From contig OZ024740.1 of NCBI GenBank assembly GCA_964016885.1, positions 150,660,001 through 150,724,000 of the forward strand: a DNA stretch of 64,000 nt, given 5' to 3'. The position numbers and the translations under genes are program-made. This DNA comes from Eledone cirrhosa. Taxonomy: Eukaryota. The notes under the pieces were generated by a model. The model had not been told where the DNA came from. It searched no databases and saw nothing but the letters and a program-made list of their open reading frames with translations. Positions 47,200 through 62,019 of the stretch are shown here, one piece after another; the stretch's first letter is position 1; each line of letters starts with the position of its first letter.

Positions 47200-47750
47200 T
47201 CTTCCGAAGAATGGGCCCATCCAGGGTGAAACCGAGGGTTATCATTTTTTCGACAGCCATGGTATTATTTACAAGAATATTTAGTTCCAGGACTGACAGT
47301 TAATTGTACATTCAACAAAAATGTCTTGGAACAACTTAGAAAATGGGTTCAGTGATTCCTAAAGGATATTGCAGGAGATTGGGTACTGCACCACGATAAC
47401 GCACCCGCGCAAACAACACTTTCAATTAGAGAATGAATTTCTGGCGAAGAAAAATATTCCCACTCTTCCACATCCTCCATACACCCCAGATCAAGTTCCG
47501 TATAATTTCGTCTCTTCCTTAAGTGGAAATCGATGGATCATTATTCTGAGACTGTGGAAAGATACAAACAATTCTAACTGAAGAGCTAAGGTGACTCACA
47601 GAAAATGACGTCCGTTACTACTACGACCAATGGAAAATGTCTTGGAACCACTGTGTAACTTTCAAAGATTCTTGTTTTGAAATAAATAACTTGTAATGTT
47701 ATGTACGTCTACTATGCATTTAATAAATAAAACATCATTAACCTCGTATA
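47200..47750 (+). mobile_element. Mariner transposase relic
   Basis: FFDSHGII, WVLHHDNAPA, FLAKKNIPTLPHPPYTPD. Confidence 0.8.
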
Positions 47751-47794
47751 CACACACACACATATATCATATATATATATATGTACACAGACAG

Positions 47795-47865
<71 letters not shown>

Positions 47866-48949
47866 CACATAATTACCATTTTGTGCACAGATAACATAAT
47901 CGATCACAACTGGAATTTCCCGTTATTTCTTATTGTCACAAGTCCTTTCGTGGCTTCTGGGACACCTTCAAGCGAATGTTAACCTCACCACGATAATATA
48001 ATATATAATTCATAATGTGGGTGTTATTTTACGTCAAACATAGAGGAAAGGGAGTTAGCCTATAAAATGTCTCAATTAATAAGAATTACATAATACATTA
48101 ATTTCATCTAAATTAAATTAAACTAAATCAAATCAAATCAACATAATTGTCGATTTAGAAATGTTTTCAACATGCAATAAAATTCCTTTCTTTTATTTTT
48201 CTTTTAATTTCACTTTAATCATACATTTGTGTAACGGAAATATTAACATTTTTGATTGCAGCATGTTTTCAAATGACCAATTAGTGGAATCTGTCTGACA
48301 TTAGTATCCCTAAACCGTTGATGGTGTACTAGCATGGTACACATTAATTTATACATGCTGAAAACAAATATTTATGGATGCAGAGGAAAAATATTTGCTA
48401 ATGGAAATATGAATCTTAAAAGCAGGAATCTGTTTGCGAAGAAATAGACATTGGTCGGGTGGGGATTTCACCGTCAAAAGATTAAGGATCCCAATGTCAG
48501 ACAAACCTCAGTTATTGGGCATTTGAAAACAAATATAAAATCCCTGAATATTTCTGAATTAACATCATCGCTGCTATTTCCAATGCTCAATTCTAAATTT
48601 ATGAAAGATTAATCGGTAATATAATTAGATGAATATCTAACATATAGAAACGTTTCTGATAACCACCGTACTCATAATTACAACGGTGCCTTTGAAAGGA
48701 GATGGTTTAAAGAGACCATTAACTACCTCTTGAAGAGAGAGCAGCGGAGTTACGCTACGTTTATAGCCTTAACTACTGACGGAGTAGCAGGGGCGTTGTC
48801 ATGACATGGTTATCTAAACCTGGCGGAGCGCTTGCCATTCCTGGTCTGAACACAGTTGATATCTTTTAGAAAAAGCTTACATGTAACTTACATGTAACTT
48901 ACATGTAACTGGCTGTATTTGCAGTTATCTTCTGCGTCAAAAGACCTAG

Positions 48950-49620
48950 CAGATATGGAATTTGCTAATGATATTGTCTTATTTACAGATTCCAGTAATA
49001 AAGAGGATACCATACACACGCTTACGTTCTTACTCAAGCCATAGGACTCTTCCTAAATGCAATCCCCACCCCAAATACATGACGATCAACTCAAATCAAG
49101 CAAAAAATTTGACATCATTAAAAAATGTTGTTCTTGAAAAGGTAAATGATTTCAAATATATTGATATAAACAACAAGCTAGCACAAGCATAGCCTACTGT
49201 GAACTCGCTAGATTGGGTGTGGTTATCTAACATAATCACGGGAATAAAAGTTAGATTATTCAAAGCTACAGTGGTGTCAATCCAACTGTATTTCTGTGAA
49301 TATACGAAAGCTTTAGATGGTTGCTACACCCAAATGCTTAGATGGATAAAAAATCATCAAACCTCTCGACCGTCTTACAAACAAAATTCTCTACGGCAAC
49401 CTCCCACACACTAACCATACCATCTTCAACTGGCATGTCATGTCATGAGAGACAACGAATCTGCTATAAAACTCTATGGGAGCCTGCTAATGTGAAACGC
49501 AAACGTGGAAGATTTCACAAAACATTAAATAGAATCATTTAAGAAGATTCAGAATTATCCTGTCCATGATTGAGACAGTTAATGTTGGATCGCCTGACAG
49601 GGAAAGGTTTTATCATGTCA
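48950..49620 (+). mobile_element. Old RTE-like post-RT fragment
   Basis: FANDIVL, EKVNDFKYI, IKVRLFKATVVSI, LDGCYTQMLR. Confidence 0.6.
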
Positions 49621-49664
49621 CAACGAAGAAGTGGTTGAATTTAGTAGTAGTTAGTTATTAGTAA

Positions 49665-49840
49665 GGGTGATAGATTGCTAGAATTGTTAAGGCGTCGGAC
49701 GAAGTGAATTGTGTTCTGGCTCTTTACGTTCTCTGCTCCAATGTCGCCAAGGTCAATTTTATCTTCCATCTTTCCGCAGCCAATAAAAATAAAGTGCAGT
49801 CTTGTACTGAGATCCATTTTATTGACTTAACCTTCCTCCC
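49665..49840 (+). mobile_element. Degenerate family-1 SINE
   Basis: CTTTACGTTCT...AAGGTCAATTTTATCTTCCATC...ATAAAAATAAAG. Confidence 0.6.
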
Positions 49841-50655
49841 AGAACCATTATTTTTTCCCGGGTAAAAAAAAACTACCAAGATTGGAGTTGCAATATATTG
49901 TCTAGTATCTACCAACCTTAATTAGGGTCCTCCAACACACGGAGGCTACGAAATGATTCAACAAGGGAAACAACAAAAGCCCAAAAGCTATCTTTGTTTT
50001 CCACCTTTTAGTTCTTTAGTTTGCTTTTTGTCTCTTGGACTCACGTCAAATTGTAAGGGATATTGTATATCTTTCTCAGTCTGTCATGACTTACTAGTCC
50101 TATTTAAATTGACTAAATAAATAAATAAATAAAATTACGACTGATCGAAATGAATCATACATATAGACATTATGTCTGTTACCACGTTTACAAAGAAAAT
50201 TGTAATTTAACATTTTTTCATTGAAATTTATCGAAGAAATGCCTGTCTGTCTTATGTAGAATTTGAGTTATCAAAATCCTGCAATGGCTTAGCAGAAAAT
50301 ATCTAAAAAGAGGTTTGATAATTCAAATGTTTATAGTACCTTTACTTGTTGACAGTCCATTGTGAACAATTAACTACATTGTGAACAATTAACTACAGCA
50401 AAAATTATATTTTATGTGATAGTCATACTGCTGTTTATTCTTTTCCAGAATGTCTAATGCAGTTTCATGTAGTACAGAGCATTAAGAAATAAATAAGGGC
50501 TATATTTAACTTTGGTATATATATATATATTTAAGCACCGAAACATCTATGATCTGTAGAAAACAGCTGATGAAGGGATACTTTTCTTCTCATGTTTACG
50601 TCCCGTTTACATTCTAACACTTCGTTTTCAGTAACCACACAGCCTGCGTCTTCAC

Positions 50656-50739
<84 letters not shown>

Positions 50740-50831
50740 GAAGTAATTCCGTCGGAAACGTCCAGGAAAAAGAGTGCTCTATGTAGGTTACAGAGCTTAA
50801 TAGTTATGTAATAAACAACATAAGGCAATTA

Positions 50832-50892
50832 TTTCATTTGCCAGTGGTTTCTTGAAAGCAAACAAATTTCGCTTTCAATCATCAGAATGAAA
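50832..50892 (-). ncRNA. Type-I hammerhead-like motif (U16.1 replaced by C)
   Basis: UUUCAUU-CUGAUGA-UUGAAAGC...GCUUUCAA-GAAA-CCACUGG-CA-AAUGAAA; 7 bp stem I and long stem II. Confidence 0.6.
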
Positions 50893-50984
50893 AAATCCTG
50901 GTGTATTTATTGACATTGGATTTTAAAAACAAAAATATGATCTATATGAAAGTGAGGCTGGAAAAGGAAGAAGGAAAGGAAAAA

Positions 50985-50995
50985 TAAACACACAT

Positions 50996-51054
<59 letters not shown>

Positions 51055-51286
51055 TACATACACACACATATATACATACACATATATATACATGCATATA
51101 CACACATATATATATATACATACACATATACATACACGTACAAATACACATACATATACATATACATACATACACACATATATATCAGCATATCCATACA
51201 TACACATAATCATACATATATACACACGTACATACACACACATACATACACACATATATACATGCATACATACGCATACACACAGA

Positions 51287-51326
<40 letters not shown>

Positions 51327-51571
51327 TGTGCATATATATATATATATGCATATATATATATACATCTATATATATGTATATACATACACATAATCATACA
51401 TATATACACACGTACATACACACACATACATACACACATAATCATACATATATACACACGTACATACACACACATACATACACACATATATACATGCATA
51501 CATACGCATACACATATATAGATATATGTACACACACCTACATACGCACACACACAATTAATACACACAGA

Positions 51572-51661
<90 letters not shown>

Positions 51662-51680
51662 TGTGTGTGTATGTGTGTGT
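50985..51680. repeat. CA/TA compound microsatellite with internal duplications
   Basis: Direct reading. Confidence 0.9.
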
Positions 51681-52189
51681 ATTTGAAATGATCGAACGTA
51701 ATTCACTATAACACTAGCCGAACACTATAAATAAGAGCAGAAAACATCAGTTAAATAACTCTGGAAACGGAAAAAGTGCACAAAGAGGGCCTGCGCAGTC
51801 TCGAACTCCGGTTCTTTCGGACACAGAGTGTCTGTCAACTTCTAATGTAAATACTTATAGCTGGATTTTTATATCTATCTATCAGTATGTCTGCCTGTCT
51901 GCCTGCCTACCTATCTGTTTATCTGTATGTATGTATATATATATATATACGTGTGTGTGTCTGTGCGCTAACCGTTTAAATTATTCGTACATTAATATTT
52001 CCTTCTAGAAGAATTCGTCTCAGACGGATCCTTAGAGAAGGAAGTAGAACCATTCTAGTAAGAGTAATTAATTTAATAAATGCAAATTTTACCATTCTGT
52101 GTATTGAATTGATTTCTTTACTTTTGTCCATTATAAACAGACACATTAACAATATGTATGTATGCATTCATGCATACATACATATTTAT

Positions 52190-52246
<57 letters not shown>

Positions 52247-52904
52247 GATTCATATGTATATATATATTTTATTGCACATAAGGAATTTCAACTCTCCAGG
52301 ATTCCAAGACCATTAGATATATTATTGTAAATGTCTTCATATTCATCATGTCAGCATGATTGTGGCGATAAACATTATTATTATTATTATTTTTTTTAAT
52401 AAGACTGATTAATTACTGCAGACCACATACACAGAGGCAGTAGCGTTCTTATTGTTGTTGTTGTTGGTGTTGGTTTGGTGGTGGTAGTAATAATGCAAGT
52501 GGTAATAATGCAAGTGGTAATGATGCTAGTGTTGATGGTGATGGAGGTAGTTGCTAGGGTGTCGTATTTGCAATTAAGCACTATTGTTATTGTTGCTGAT
52601 GGCGATAGTGGCGTTGATGGTGGTGGAGGTGGCAGTAGTTGTCATTTAGCTCTAGTTCAGCCCTGATAAAGTAGGTATATGGTAAAAGGCATTCCAGCCG
52701 TCACTGCTCCTTCAGTTTCCTATTCTTAAGAAGCCTAGGACCATATTTCAATTGCATCCTCTTCTCAGATAGTGGGGTGTAATTTCAGAAATATTTCGCT
52801 GTTTTTTCTAGCAGACAAAATCACCTTTGTTGGTTGAAGATTGCTGTAGTATGGACTTTGGTGGTAGTGGTGTTCATGTTTTTGCGGCTGATGGAAGTGG
52901 TGAT

Positions 52905-53215
52905 CAAATGGTTAACAGATTCGTTTCAGAATCATTAGGTCTTGGGTTCGATCCCAATGCGTGCTATAATGGGCAAGTGGCATTATCCATAGCCTAGGGC
53001 CAACTAATGCATTTTGAGTGAAATTAGATACACGGAAATTGTTTGGAAGTCCGCCAGATGGACTGTACTGATAATTCAACAGACTTGTCACACACGATGT
53101 CACGCTGAATCTCCGTGAAAATTGTATTAAGAGTACAAATGCCTGTTGAATGCCTACGTTAACTTCACGAGTAGGCTGTTTCGGTGATCGCACAACTGGG
53201 ACACTCATCTTTGAA
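52905..53215 (+). mobile_element. tRNA-derived SINE (family 2)
   Basis: B-box GGGTTCGATCCC followed by GGGCAAGTG...ATAGCC. Confidence 0.6.
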
Positions 53216-53509
53216 AGCGGCGGTAGACCATTTCTTTTTATGCAGTATATGTCGTATATTTAGTGAATATAGTGTGTGTAGAATGTCGTCTGACATATCG
53301 TTCGCTAAGATCATGCAATTATTGTTACACTGGAGCAATGTCTACAGAGACCAACAACAATAATGACTACAACGATACCTCTGTCATTACAGCAACACCC
53401 GCAACAACAACTACAGCATCAGTAATAACAAATGTAACACTAGTAGCGACATATATATTAACAATATTAATAAAAGCAAGAACAACAATATGCTGCTGAA
53501 GACAGTACA

Positions 53510-53880
53510 AGTAATTGTTTAAAATTTAGACACAGGGTCAGTAATTCTGTGCTGAGGGAAATGTCAATGATATCGATCTCAATGGATTGCTAATACTTTA
53601 TTTTATCGACTCTGGAAGAATGAAAGGCAAAGTTGATATTAGCGGACTTTGAACTTAGAACGAAACTAAATGTTGCAAAGCATTTTGTCCGAGACTTTAA
53701 CCATTCTTCCATTCTGTAGCCCTTAATAATGGTTTATAGTTTAGGCACAAACCAAGACTAATAAATGTAGCGGGAGTACATTATATTGACCCTAGTACTT
53801 GACTAGTATTTTATTTTATCGGCCATGGATGGATGAAAGGCGATGTTAACATCAGCGAGATTTGAACACAGAAGTACCGT
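53510..53880 (-). mobile_element. Two old family-1 SINE copies
   Basis: TTTATTTTATCG...GATGAAAGGC...TTTGAAC repeated. Confidence 0.7.
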
Positions 53881-54046
53881 AACAAATACCAACAATAACA
53901 ACAGCAATAATAAGCACAAGTAATAGCTATTAGTAGCAATAACGTCTACAAGAGCAGTCTATGTCAGCAGGATTTTAGCAACACTATCCATGCATAAAAT
54001 TCGACGATTATAAAAGCCATATAAGCAGCAGCAACAGCAGCAGCAT

Positions 54047-54140
54047 CAAGAAGAAGAAGAAGAAGAAGAAGAAGAAGAAGAAGAAGAAGAAGAAGAAGAA
54101 AAAGAAGAAGAAAAAGAAGAAGAAAAAGAAGAAGAAGAAG
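54047..54140. repeat. (GAA)n microsatellite
   Basis: Direct reading. Confidence 0.95.
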
Positions 54141-56789
54141 CCGTTACAATAAAAAATGTCAGCTATATATAATGGCAATATATATTTTGGTGAAATGAAA
54201 TCCTAAATAATCACAGTACGTGGTCTAATGAGCTTTTAGCATGACATTTCCATTACGATGCAGACGAAAGAAGTGGAACCTATTGAGCTGTTATCTGAAG
54301 AAAATTGTGATATTATTTTGTAGAACATTACTGGAAAATATGTGAAGAAATCACTAATAAGTCAGACTAAATATCTGCGAGACAAGAAATGAGCTGTTCG
54401 TTAAATCGGAACAAAGAAACAATATTTTCATTGTTTTTTCCCCCGCTATTGATATCATCCTGGCAAACGGAGGCAGATTTTGAACTCAGAATACCCAGAA
54501 CAGATACCGACACATTAAAAATTTCCTTAATCCACCGCCCAGGATTGGTATTGTTTTTCATCTATCCGGAAAGGATGAAAGGTAAAGTTGACCTCAGCGC
54601 GATTTGAACTCAAAATGAAGTTAGCCGGAAAAATTACTGATGCATTTAATAACGACACACTAGCGACTCTGCCAATTCACCGAATTGTGATATATCATTT
54701 CGAAACTCTTTTCTATCTATATTACTACCGTGGAAATTTGAGAGTTTATTTGTTTGTTGTTTCTTTTTCCATAAGAAATTGTGAAACTGGCTTCGCGTTC
54801 ATCGAAGGAAATCATACTGAAGATTCAATTGTTTATTTAGTGAACAGGGATGCTTTGAACTTTTCCCTGTATCAACCAAATATTCCTCAAGATTTTTATC
54901 CTCATTAAAATAGGATCCACATGAATCAATAAGGAAGTGTTTCTATAGATGTTGAACAATCTTAGTGAGACAATCGGGCGGGGAATTGTCAGAAATGCCA
55001 TATGATGTATATTGTGGATTTTCACTTTTCATACTTTCGAAGTCGATTAATAAGGAACTAGTTCAGAGTAGTGAAGCGGCAGAATTGTTAGAGCAGCGGA
55101 CGACTGTTAAGTCGCCGAACAAGCAGAAGCGTTAGAGCACCGGCAAAATACCTTGTGGGTATTTGTTCCGGTTCATTGTCTCTTGAGTTCAAATCTCACT
55201 GTGACGCCCTTGGATGATAGGCTTAATTGGTAACTCGATTTGGTTGACATTAGCAGAGCCTAATCTTGCAAACATTGGGGTTAGGTCTAAGATTAACTGA
55301 TACCTTTTTCCATTCCTCCTTTCTTTCCATTAATCGATAAGTCCCTGAAAACGCTCATAGACAGCGCCATTTTTCTTACGTGGCAGGATTTGAACTTAGA
55401 ACACAGAGAGCCGGAATACATATTGAAGCATTTTTAATCCATCACCCCTACAAATATATTTAGATACTTTACTCATGACTAACGATTCCAGAATCATCAG
55501 ATGGAGGAAAATATCGGAAGTGTTAGGGTTACGGCTTGTGTTTGGTTTTAGGGATTAAGGATACTGTTAAGCTTATAGTCATGGATAGAATTAGGTTTTA
55601 CTTTGTGTTAGGGTAGGTGATATGTTTACAATTAGTTTCAGGTTTAATTTTAGAGCTAGATTTAAGATGAGATTTAGATTCAGGGTCATTGATACGCTGC
55701 GGGTTAGTGTTATAATGTTACGATTAATGTTAGGGTTTGTGGTAAGGTTTTGTTTGGGTTAATGTAAGTTTTGAGAATTTATTTCAAGCAAAGTTCTTTC
55801 TCAGTGAAGCCTGCTGTTAGCACAAAAGCACTCTAAATAATTGTAGACACTATGCGCAGGTACAGTTAAATTAGGTAAATATAGTATTCACTCTAAATTG
55901 CAAGTAATTTGTTTTCTTATTAGAGATATGCACGACGGAATCTATCATTTGTTGATGTTGCCATCAAGGTTTTTGCTGCTGCTGTTTTTGTTGTTGTTTA
56001 GACACAGGCTAGTCATGACTAAGAAGATAGATGATTAAATGCGTTTCATACATTGTGTACTTTTGACTATATTATCCAATTTCTCACTATTCAAGAAGGT
56101 GTGCTATAATTCTATAACGAATTGACAGCTATTTCTAGCAGTTATATGTTTTTACTGCGACTTTACTTTCACAAAGTAGTGTTAGTGTTTCAACGGAATT
56201 TATTATTGCGACAACTGTATAAAGTCGATATGAATAGACTTGATAATAACGGAAAACAAATCATATAAATGTCAGAATATGTTATTTGAATTATTGAAAT
56301 TCTCTTTGAAATCATATTTTGTAATACTAGCACGTTTGCATACCCCGAGATATCCGTTTTTTTTCTTCTTTTTATTATAAATTTTTAACAACAGTGAGCA
56401 GTTTCAATCGATTGAATCTATTTCACAAATTCCACAATTCTGAGAGTGGTCACCAATCCATCCTTTAATTCATTCATTCATTCATTCATCTGCATCACCA
56501 CCATCTCTATCATCAGTATTCATCATCATCATCATCATCATCATCATAATCATCATCTCCATAATTTTACATCCGATTTCTATACTGGCATGGGGTGATT
56601 GGCATTTTACTGTCTTCTACAAGTCAGGGCAATGTCCTCTTGTACGTGGGCATGTCCTCTTGTACGTGGGTATTTGGTATGGCTTTGACGACTGGATGCC
56701 CTTCCTAATGCTAATCACATTACAGGATGTACAGGGTGCGTTTTGTTGTGATAGCAACACTCCGTTCAATTTAGGAAATTCAAGGAACA

Positions 56790-56838
56790 TATATTTATTC
56801 TCATTTATCACCACTAAATCTAAACACGCACATATTTG

Positions 56839-56890
<52 letters not shown>

Positions 56891-56955
56891 CCCATATATA
56901 TATATATATATTTATTCTCATTTATCACCACTAAATCTAAACACGCACATATTTG

Positions 56956-57023
<68 letters not shown>

Positions 57024-57045
57024 CCCATATATATATATATATATT
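56790..57045. repeat. Tandem duplication of a (TA)n-bounded unit
   Basis: TTTATTCTCATTTATCACCACTAAATCTAAACACGCACATATTTGAT-(TA)n-TGTCCC occurs twice. Confidence 0.85.
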
Positions 57046-57321
57046 GTCCCTCTCCAACAAGACAAAAAGCTTTTTCCCCTCGGAAAACCCCCAGTTGATG
57101 GATGCGAAATCCGAAATATAGGGACAATTAAATCACTTCCAAGGTAACTCTATTCCTCCATGCCCTCTACGTCTCTTTCTACATTTCCTCTTACTCTCAT
57201 TGCTACCTGATTCTGTTAGCCGGTGATTTACCCATCTGCATTGTCGATGCTTTCAAAACGACCAGTTTTATTATTCCACAATGCTTCAAGCAAACTTCAA
57301 CACTCTCATATATATATGATA

Positions 57322-57364
57322 GTCAAGTTTGCAATTTTCAACAGTTGAAAATTGCAAACTTGAC
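57322..57364. repeat. Perfect 43 bp palindrome
   Basis: GTCAAGTTTGCAATTTTCAAC-A-GTTGAAAATTGCAAACTTGAC. Confidence 0.9.
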
Positions 57365-57569
57365 CACAGAATCACCACGGAATATGAACTTGAAGATTGC
57401 GAAAGCATGAACGCACTTGTTCAATTAACATTTAACATTTAATATTCTACCATACTATTTTATTATATTATCATTATAATTTTAAAGGATTGTAAATAAA
57501 ACGAGTAAATCAGACCAAGTCGGAATTCCTTTTATTAATATAATCTTCTATACACAATCATACACACCC

Positions 57570-57638
<69 letters not shown>

Positions 57639-57769
57639 GAGGTTATATTTAATTTGGTGTGATTCAACAAGCTTAAACATTTTTATAACTGATATAAAGC
57701 ACTCAACAAGTTAGTGGAGTAAATACACAATATATTAATAAATGGAAATTATATTTATAAAACCATATT

Positions 57770-57835
57770 TATTTTATTATATATATTTCAATGGCAACCA
57801 AGGCAAATTATGGTGCGCTTTCATCAGATAAAATA
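57770..57835 (-). ncRNA. Minimal type-I hammerhead ribozyme (left arm of inverted pLTR pair)
   Basis: Reverse complement of 57972-58037 with few substitutions. Confidence 0.72.
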
Positions 57836-57971
57836 CAGATTTGTTTTATAAATAAATATTGATATACCCGGAAAAAAGACAACTTTAACGGTTGGAGCTT
57901 CCTGGATAGGTATGTCAATATTTATTTATAGCTTTCCGAGTATGTCAATATTTATTTATAAAACAAATCTG

Positions 57972-58037
57972 TATTTTATCTGATGAAAGCGCACCATAAT
58001 TTGACTTGGTTGCCCTTGAAATATATATAATAAAATA
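57972..58037 (+). ncRNA. Minimal type-I hammerhead ribozyme (right arm)
   Basis: UAUUUUAU-CUGAUGA-AAGCGCACCA...UGGUUGCCCUU-GAAA-UAUAUA-UA-AUAAAAUA; 8 bp stem I. Confidence 0.78.
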
Positions 58038-58071
58038 AATATGGTTTTATAAATATAGTCTCCATTTATTA

Positions 58072-58105
<34 letters not shown>

Positions 58106-58241
58106 GCGATGAATTTGTTTTGCAAGGTTTTTGATATGAAATTGTGCGTAGAAACAAATATTGTTATACTTGGGGAGGGTCATATTGTTACAATATTGCC
58201 AGAAATAAGTATAACAATATATGTATATATGCCCCCCCCCC

Positions 58242-58308
<67 letters not shown>

Positions 58309-58645
58309 TAAGTAAACAAATATAAGGTGACGCGTTGAGTGAAAATGATGTTCATAGACAAATGGGAAACTCAGATGCGAGAAATAACTGATGCAACAGC
58401 CGAATATATATATATATTATTTGTGATATATATATATATCTCAGATGTGAGAAAAACCACAGACCCTCCATCTCAACTCTACTTTTGAAAAACAGAAGAA
58501 CTGCGAAACCGGTAAAGGAACCAAATAAATATATATATTTAAAAAAAAAAAGAATCTAGTTGCATTTTCGATTTCATCTTTTTTCCTTAGGCTCTGAAAC
58601 TATCAACAGCAAAAACACAGAGCTGGCATATCTAAGAACTGACTA

Positions 58646-58701
58646 ACTGCCTGATGAGGTCATAGCCATTCAATGGCTATCATCGAAATATATATAGCAG
58701 T
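58646..58701 (+). ncRNA. Minimal type-I hammerhead ribozyme
   Basis: ACUGC-CUGAUGA-GGUCAUAGCCA-UUCAA-UGGCUAUCAUC-GAAA-UAUAUA-UA-GCAGU followed by AAUAAA. Confidence 0.82.
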
Positions 58702-59965
58702 AAATAAAGGAGTATGAGTTCATGCAATTGACTTATGTTTCGTCACTATATATATATATAATTTCCCACCACAAAGGGATCTGTGACAGACAGGTTGAAG
58801 TACACCCCACCACACACATGTGTGTATTGTTTTATATATATACTCTCTAAAACCATATTCCAAAAATAGAATTTCTTTCACAACCTACTGTTGCCAATCC
58901 CATAGAATTTGTCTCTATCTTACAATTCTCCCTTAACCCATCTGAACTCTTGACCAGTCCATTAACACAACTGAGATACACACACATATTTACAGAATAT
59001 TTCCTTTGTCCATAAAAACAATTTTGTTCTATGTGAAGAAGCACAAGTACCACCACTGTTGCTGCTACTATCTATATATATACACAGTCTCTTTCTCAAC
59101 AAGTGGAAAAAAACTTACCTTTTAATTTTAAATCTTTAATTTTTTAGTTTTTAATTTTTATTAATTCTTTTTAATTTTAATACTCAACATTTGATAAGAT
59201 GAATTTTACTAATATATCGAAACAGGTAATACCTTATATACTTTATATACATTATAAAACTCTTTTTTAAGATGTCACTTTGACGAATCAAAGAAAGGAA
59301 AAAAAAAGAAAAACAGGCCCTAAAATATATTTTACGTATTATTTCCAACTTCACCTCCCCCCTCTCACTCTGTATATATATATATATATATGAGCTCTGC
59401 TGATGATCGATTCCAACCGTGACCATCCCCACTGAAAGTTTCGTGAAATAGTCTTTTTTAAGACTATACAGAGCATTTGTAGTTTTTCCAAATTGAAGGA
59501 TGAGTATTTTAAATTTAATTTTATTCAGAGTTATGGCTCTATTGATTTTTCCCTGGAGTTCACTCAATTCTGTGGATGAATCTATATCCTGATTCTTTTT
59601 GAATTGAGTTTCCCACATCTTTCGTTAACTATTTTTCCATTTTGACGTTATAGTCACTTATATATTATGAAATACTGTTGGCTTCTTGCTCACAATAATT
59701 TCTATACTTTTCATTTATATATATATATAGTCTCTATCTAGGTACTGTTGCTTTCCTGGGTTAATCACCCACGCCATGAGAGCAGCCCTTCCAGCCTACG
59801 AAATTCAGTATCATGCCTAACTGGGACTTCAACCAACATAAAAGTGCATCGAAAGTGCATCGAAAATGGTTGAAGAGAATACAATTCTTTTTAAAGTATC
59901 AATCTCTGACTACATACAGAAAGTCTGCTACTATTTGTTTGAGAATGAACATCCCACACTGGGTA

Positions 59966-60318
59966 ATACTGTTGTCCTCCGGTGTTCACGAGGGTTACGT
60001 TCCTTGAGAAACCGCGAATATTTGACGTGGTTCTTAAAAATATCTATAAACATCAAAATGTAACGTAAAATATAATAAAAAAGAGGGAGCGTCATATGCG
60101 AAGGGGCGTCCGCATATGGCATATTGTTATTGATAATTTAGCGTTAACATATATATATATATTGGCACGAAAAAAGCTATAAAATCGGGGAAGATATTTA
60201 CGATTCCGCAAATATGTGGTAGTTTCCACGAACAATTATTAGTTAGGTACTAAGGGAAATTCCGCGAATAACAGGGGACACGAATGTTGTAACCGCGAAT
60301 GACGGCAGTACACTGTAC
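59966..60318. mobile_element. Possible pogo/Tigger-like MITE
   Basis: Loose terminal inverted similarity, CCGCGAAT motifs, ends ...ACTGTA. Confidence 0.4.
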
Positions 60319-61061
60319 ATCATAACTTCGCAACAATTAAAAATCATTTTTTAACAATATCTTTAATGACTGATGCGAAGTAGAATAATTGATTCTAAAC
60401 TAGGGAAAACTCCAGCAATTTGGGGTAAGGGTCGATTAAATCGATCCCAATACATGACTAGTAATTTATTGTATTGACGTCGGGAGGATAACAGGTAAAG
60501 GAGACTTCAGTGGGATTGGCCAGCCGCAGGTGTGAGCCTCGCGAGTTGGAATGGCTTTTCCAGGGCATCTTTCTTACGATCTTCTGTGGAAACGCCTTCT
60601 CCATCCTGTCCGCCGGAGCTGTGAGGACGCCAGCACGTGGGACCCCATTTGCTCACAATACAGAGAGATGAGGAGGGCGAGAGAGGAGGAGGCGATGACA
60701 GTGGGAGTTCGACTGTTCCTTCATGTTTACTTAGGTTACTATTTTCTAATGTATATTGTTAGTGAGAGGAGGAACAAATACCACAAAACATTTCGTCCGA
60801 CTCTCGAAATATTCTGCCAAAATAACATATATTATAAGACTAGTGGTTTGGATGTAAATCTGGATATCTGGTTATATACCTAAATTAGGAAATAGTGAAA
60901 AATATTCACAGCAACAATCATAAAATCAGTAACATCAATAACAATACTAATGTTTGATGTATACCCAGTCGTAATAGAAATATGCTTTTTACAGACACTG
61001 ATGGAAATAAATTATTTAAAAATTCATGCTTCATGATTTTTAAAGGTTATCACTGGAATTT

Positions 61062-61093
<32 letters not shown>

Positions 61094-61247
61094 TGTATGT
61101 ATGTATGTATGTATGTATGTATGTATGTATATGTGTATGTATGTATGCATGCATGCATGCATGTATGTATATGTGTATGGATGTATGTATGTATATATCT
61201 CTATCTATCAATGAGCTAGCATTTATTTATCTATCACTATATATATA

Positions 61248-61284
<37 letters not shown>

Positions 61285-61769
61285 GAGAGAGAGAGGGGAG
61301 AGAGAGAAGGGGGAAGAGACCGTGTATGTGCATGTGCGTGTGTGTGTTATACTTCAAAGTGAATGTATCTTATGCAATTAAAAATTCCTTTTTCATGGCA
61401 AATTCTGTTAATATTCTTAAAATGAGGTGTTGGAAGTTATTTCAATTCATGCTGGGTCAAAACCCTTTACTGTAGTTTATAGCTACACATTTATCTGTGT
61501 TATAAATTAGAATTGATTTTCTCCCGCGAATAAAAAACAAAATATGCAAAATAACTGAATTAATCAACTAAAAAACGTTAAAATGCAAAACGAAATAAAA
61601 ATGCAGAGTACATATCTGCACATGTGCAAAATAAAAACGGAGCTGGCATTTTCATTTACATTATTTACAAAACAAGAGTCTTGATTTCTATTTTAAGGAA
61701 AAAAACACATTTTAGTGATATATATTGAGTGTCTGTATATATATATATTATATATATCTGCAAATATAA

Positions 61770-62000
61770 ATAAACCGTAAAAATCAGAGATGATAACTGG
61801 AAAGATATTGCCTTAGATCGATCATCTTGGAGGAAAACAGGAATTTGAAAAAGTTCGTGTGGAGAAAGGAATAATAAAGAAGGATCAGCATAAAGGTCTA
61901 CACGATATTACTTTACCTGGAGTTTCAGATTCTAAAAATGACCTTATGTGCAGTGACTGTGGCCACATTTGTCTCAGTAAGTTGGTCTTAGAAGCTTTCA
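61770..62000 (+). mobile_element. RTE C-terminal fragment
   Basis: DDNWKDIALDRSSWRK...MCSDCGHICLSK; similar to 23540-23800. Confidence 0.65.
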
Positions 62001-62019
62001 TAGAAGCTATTTAAAAAAT

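Noticed and set aside
55520-55770. Interstitial telomeric repeat
   Set aside because: Only scattered TTAGGG-like words in degenerate GT-rich sequence, with no tandem array.
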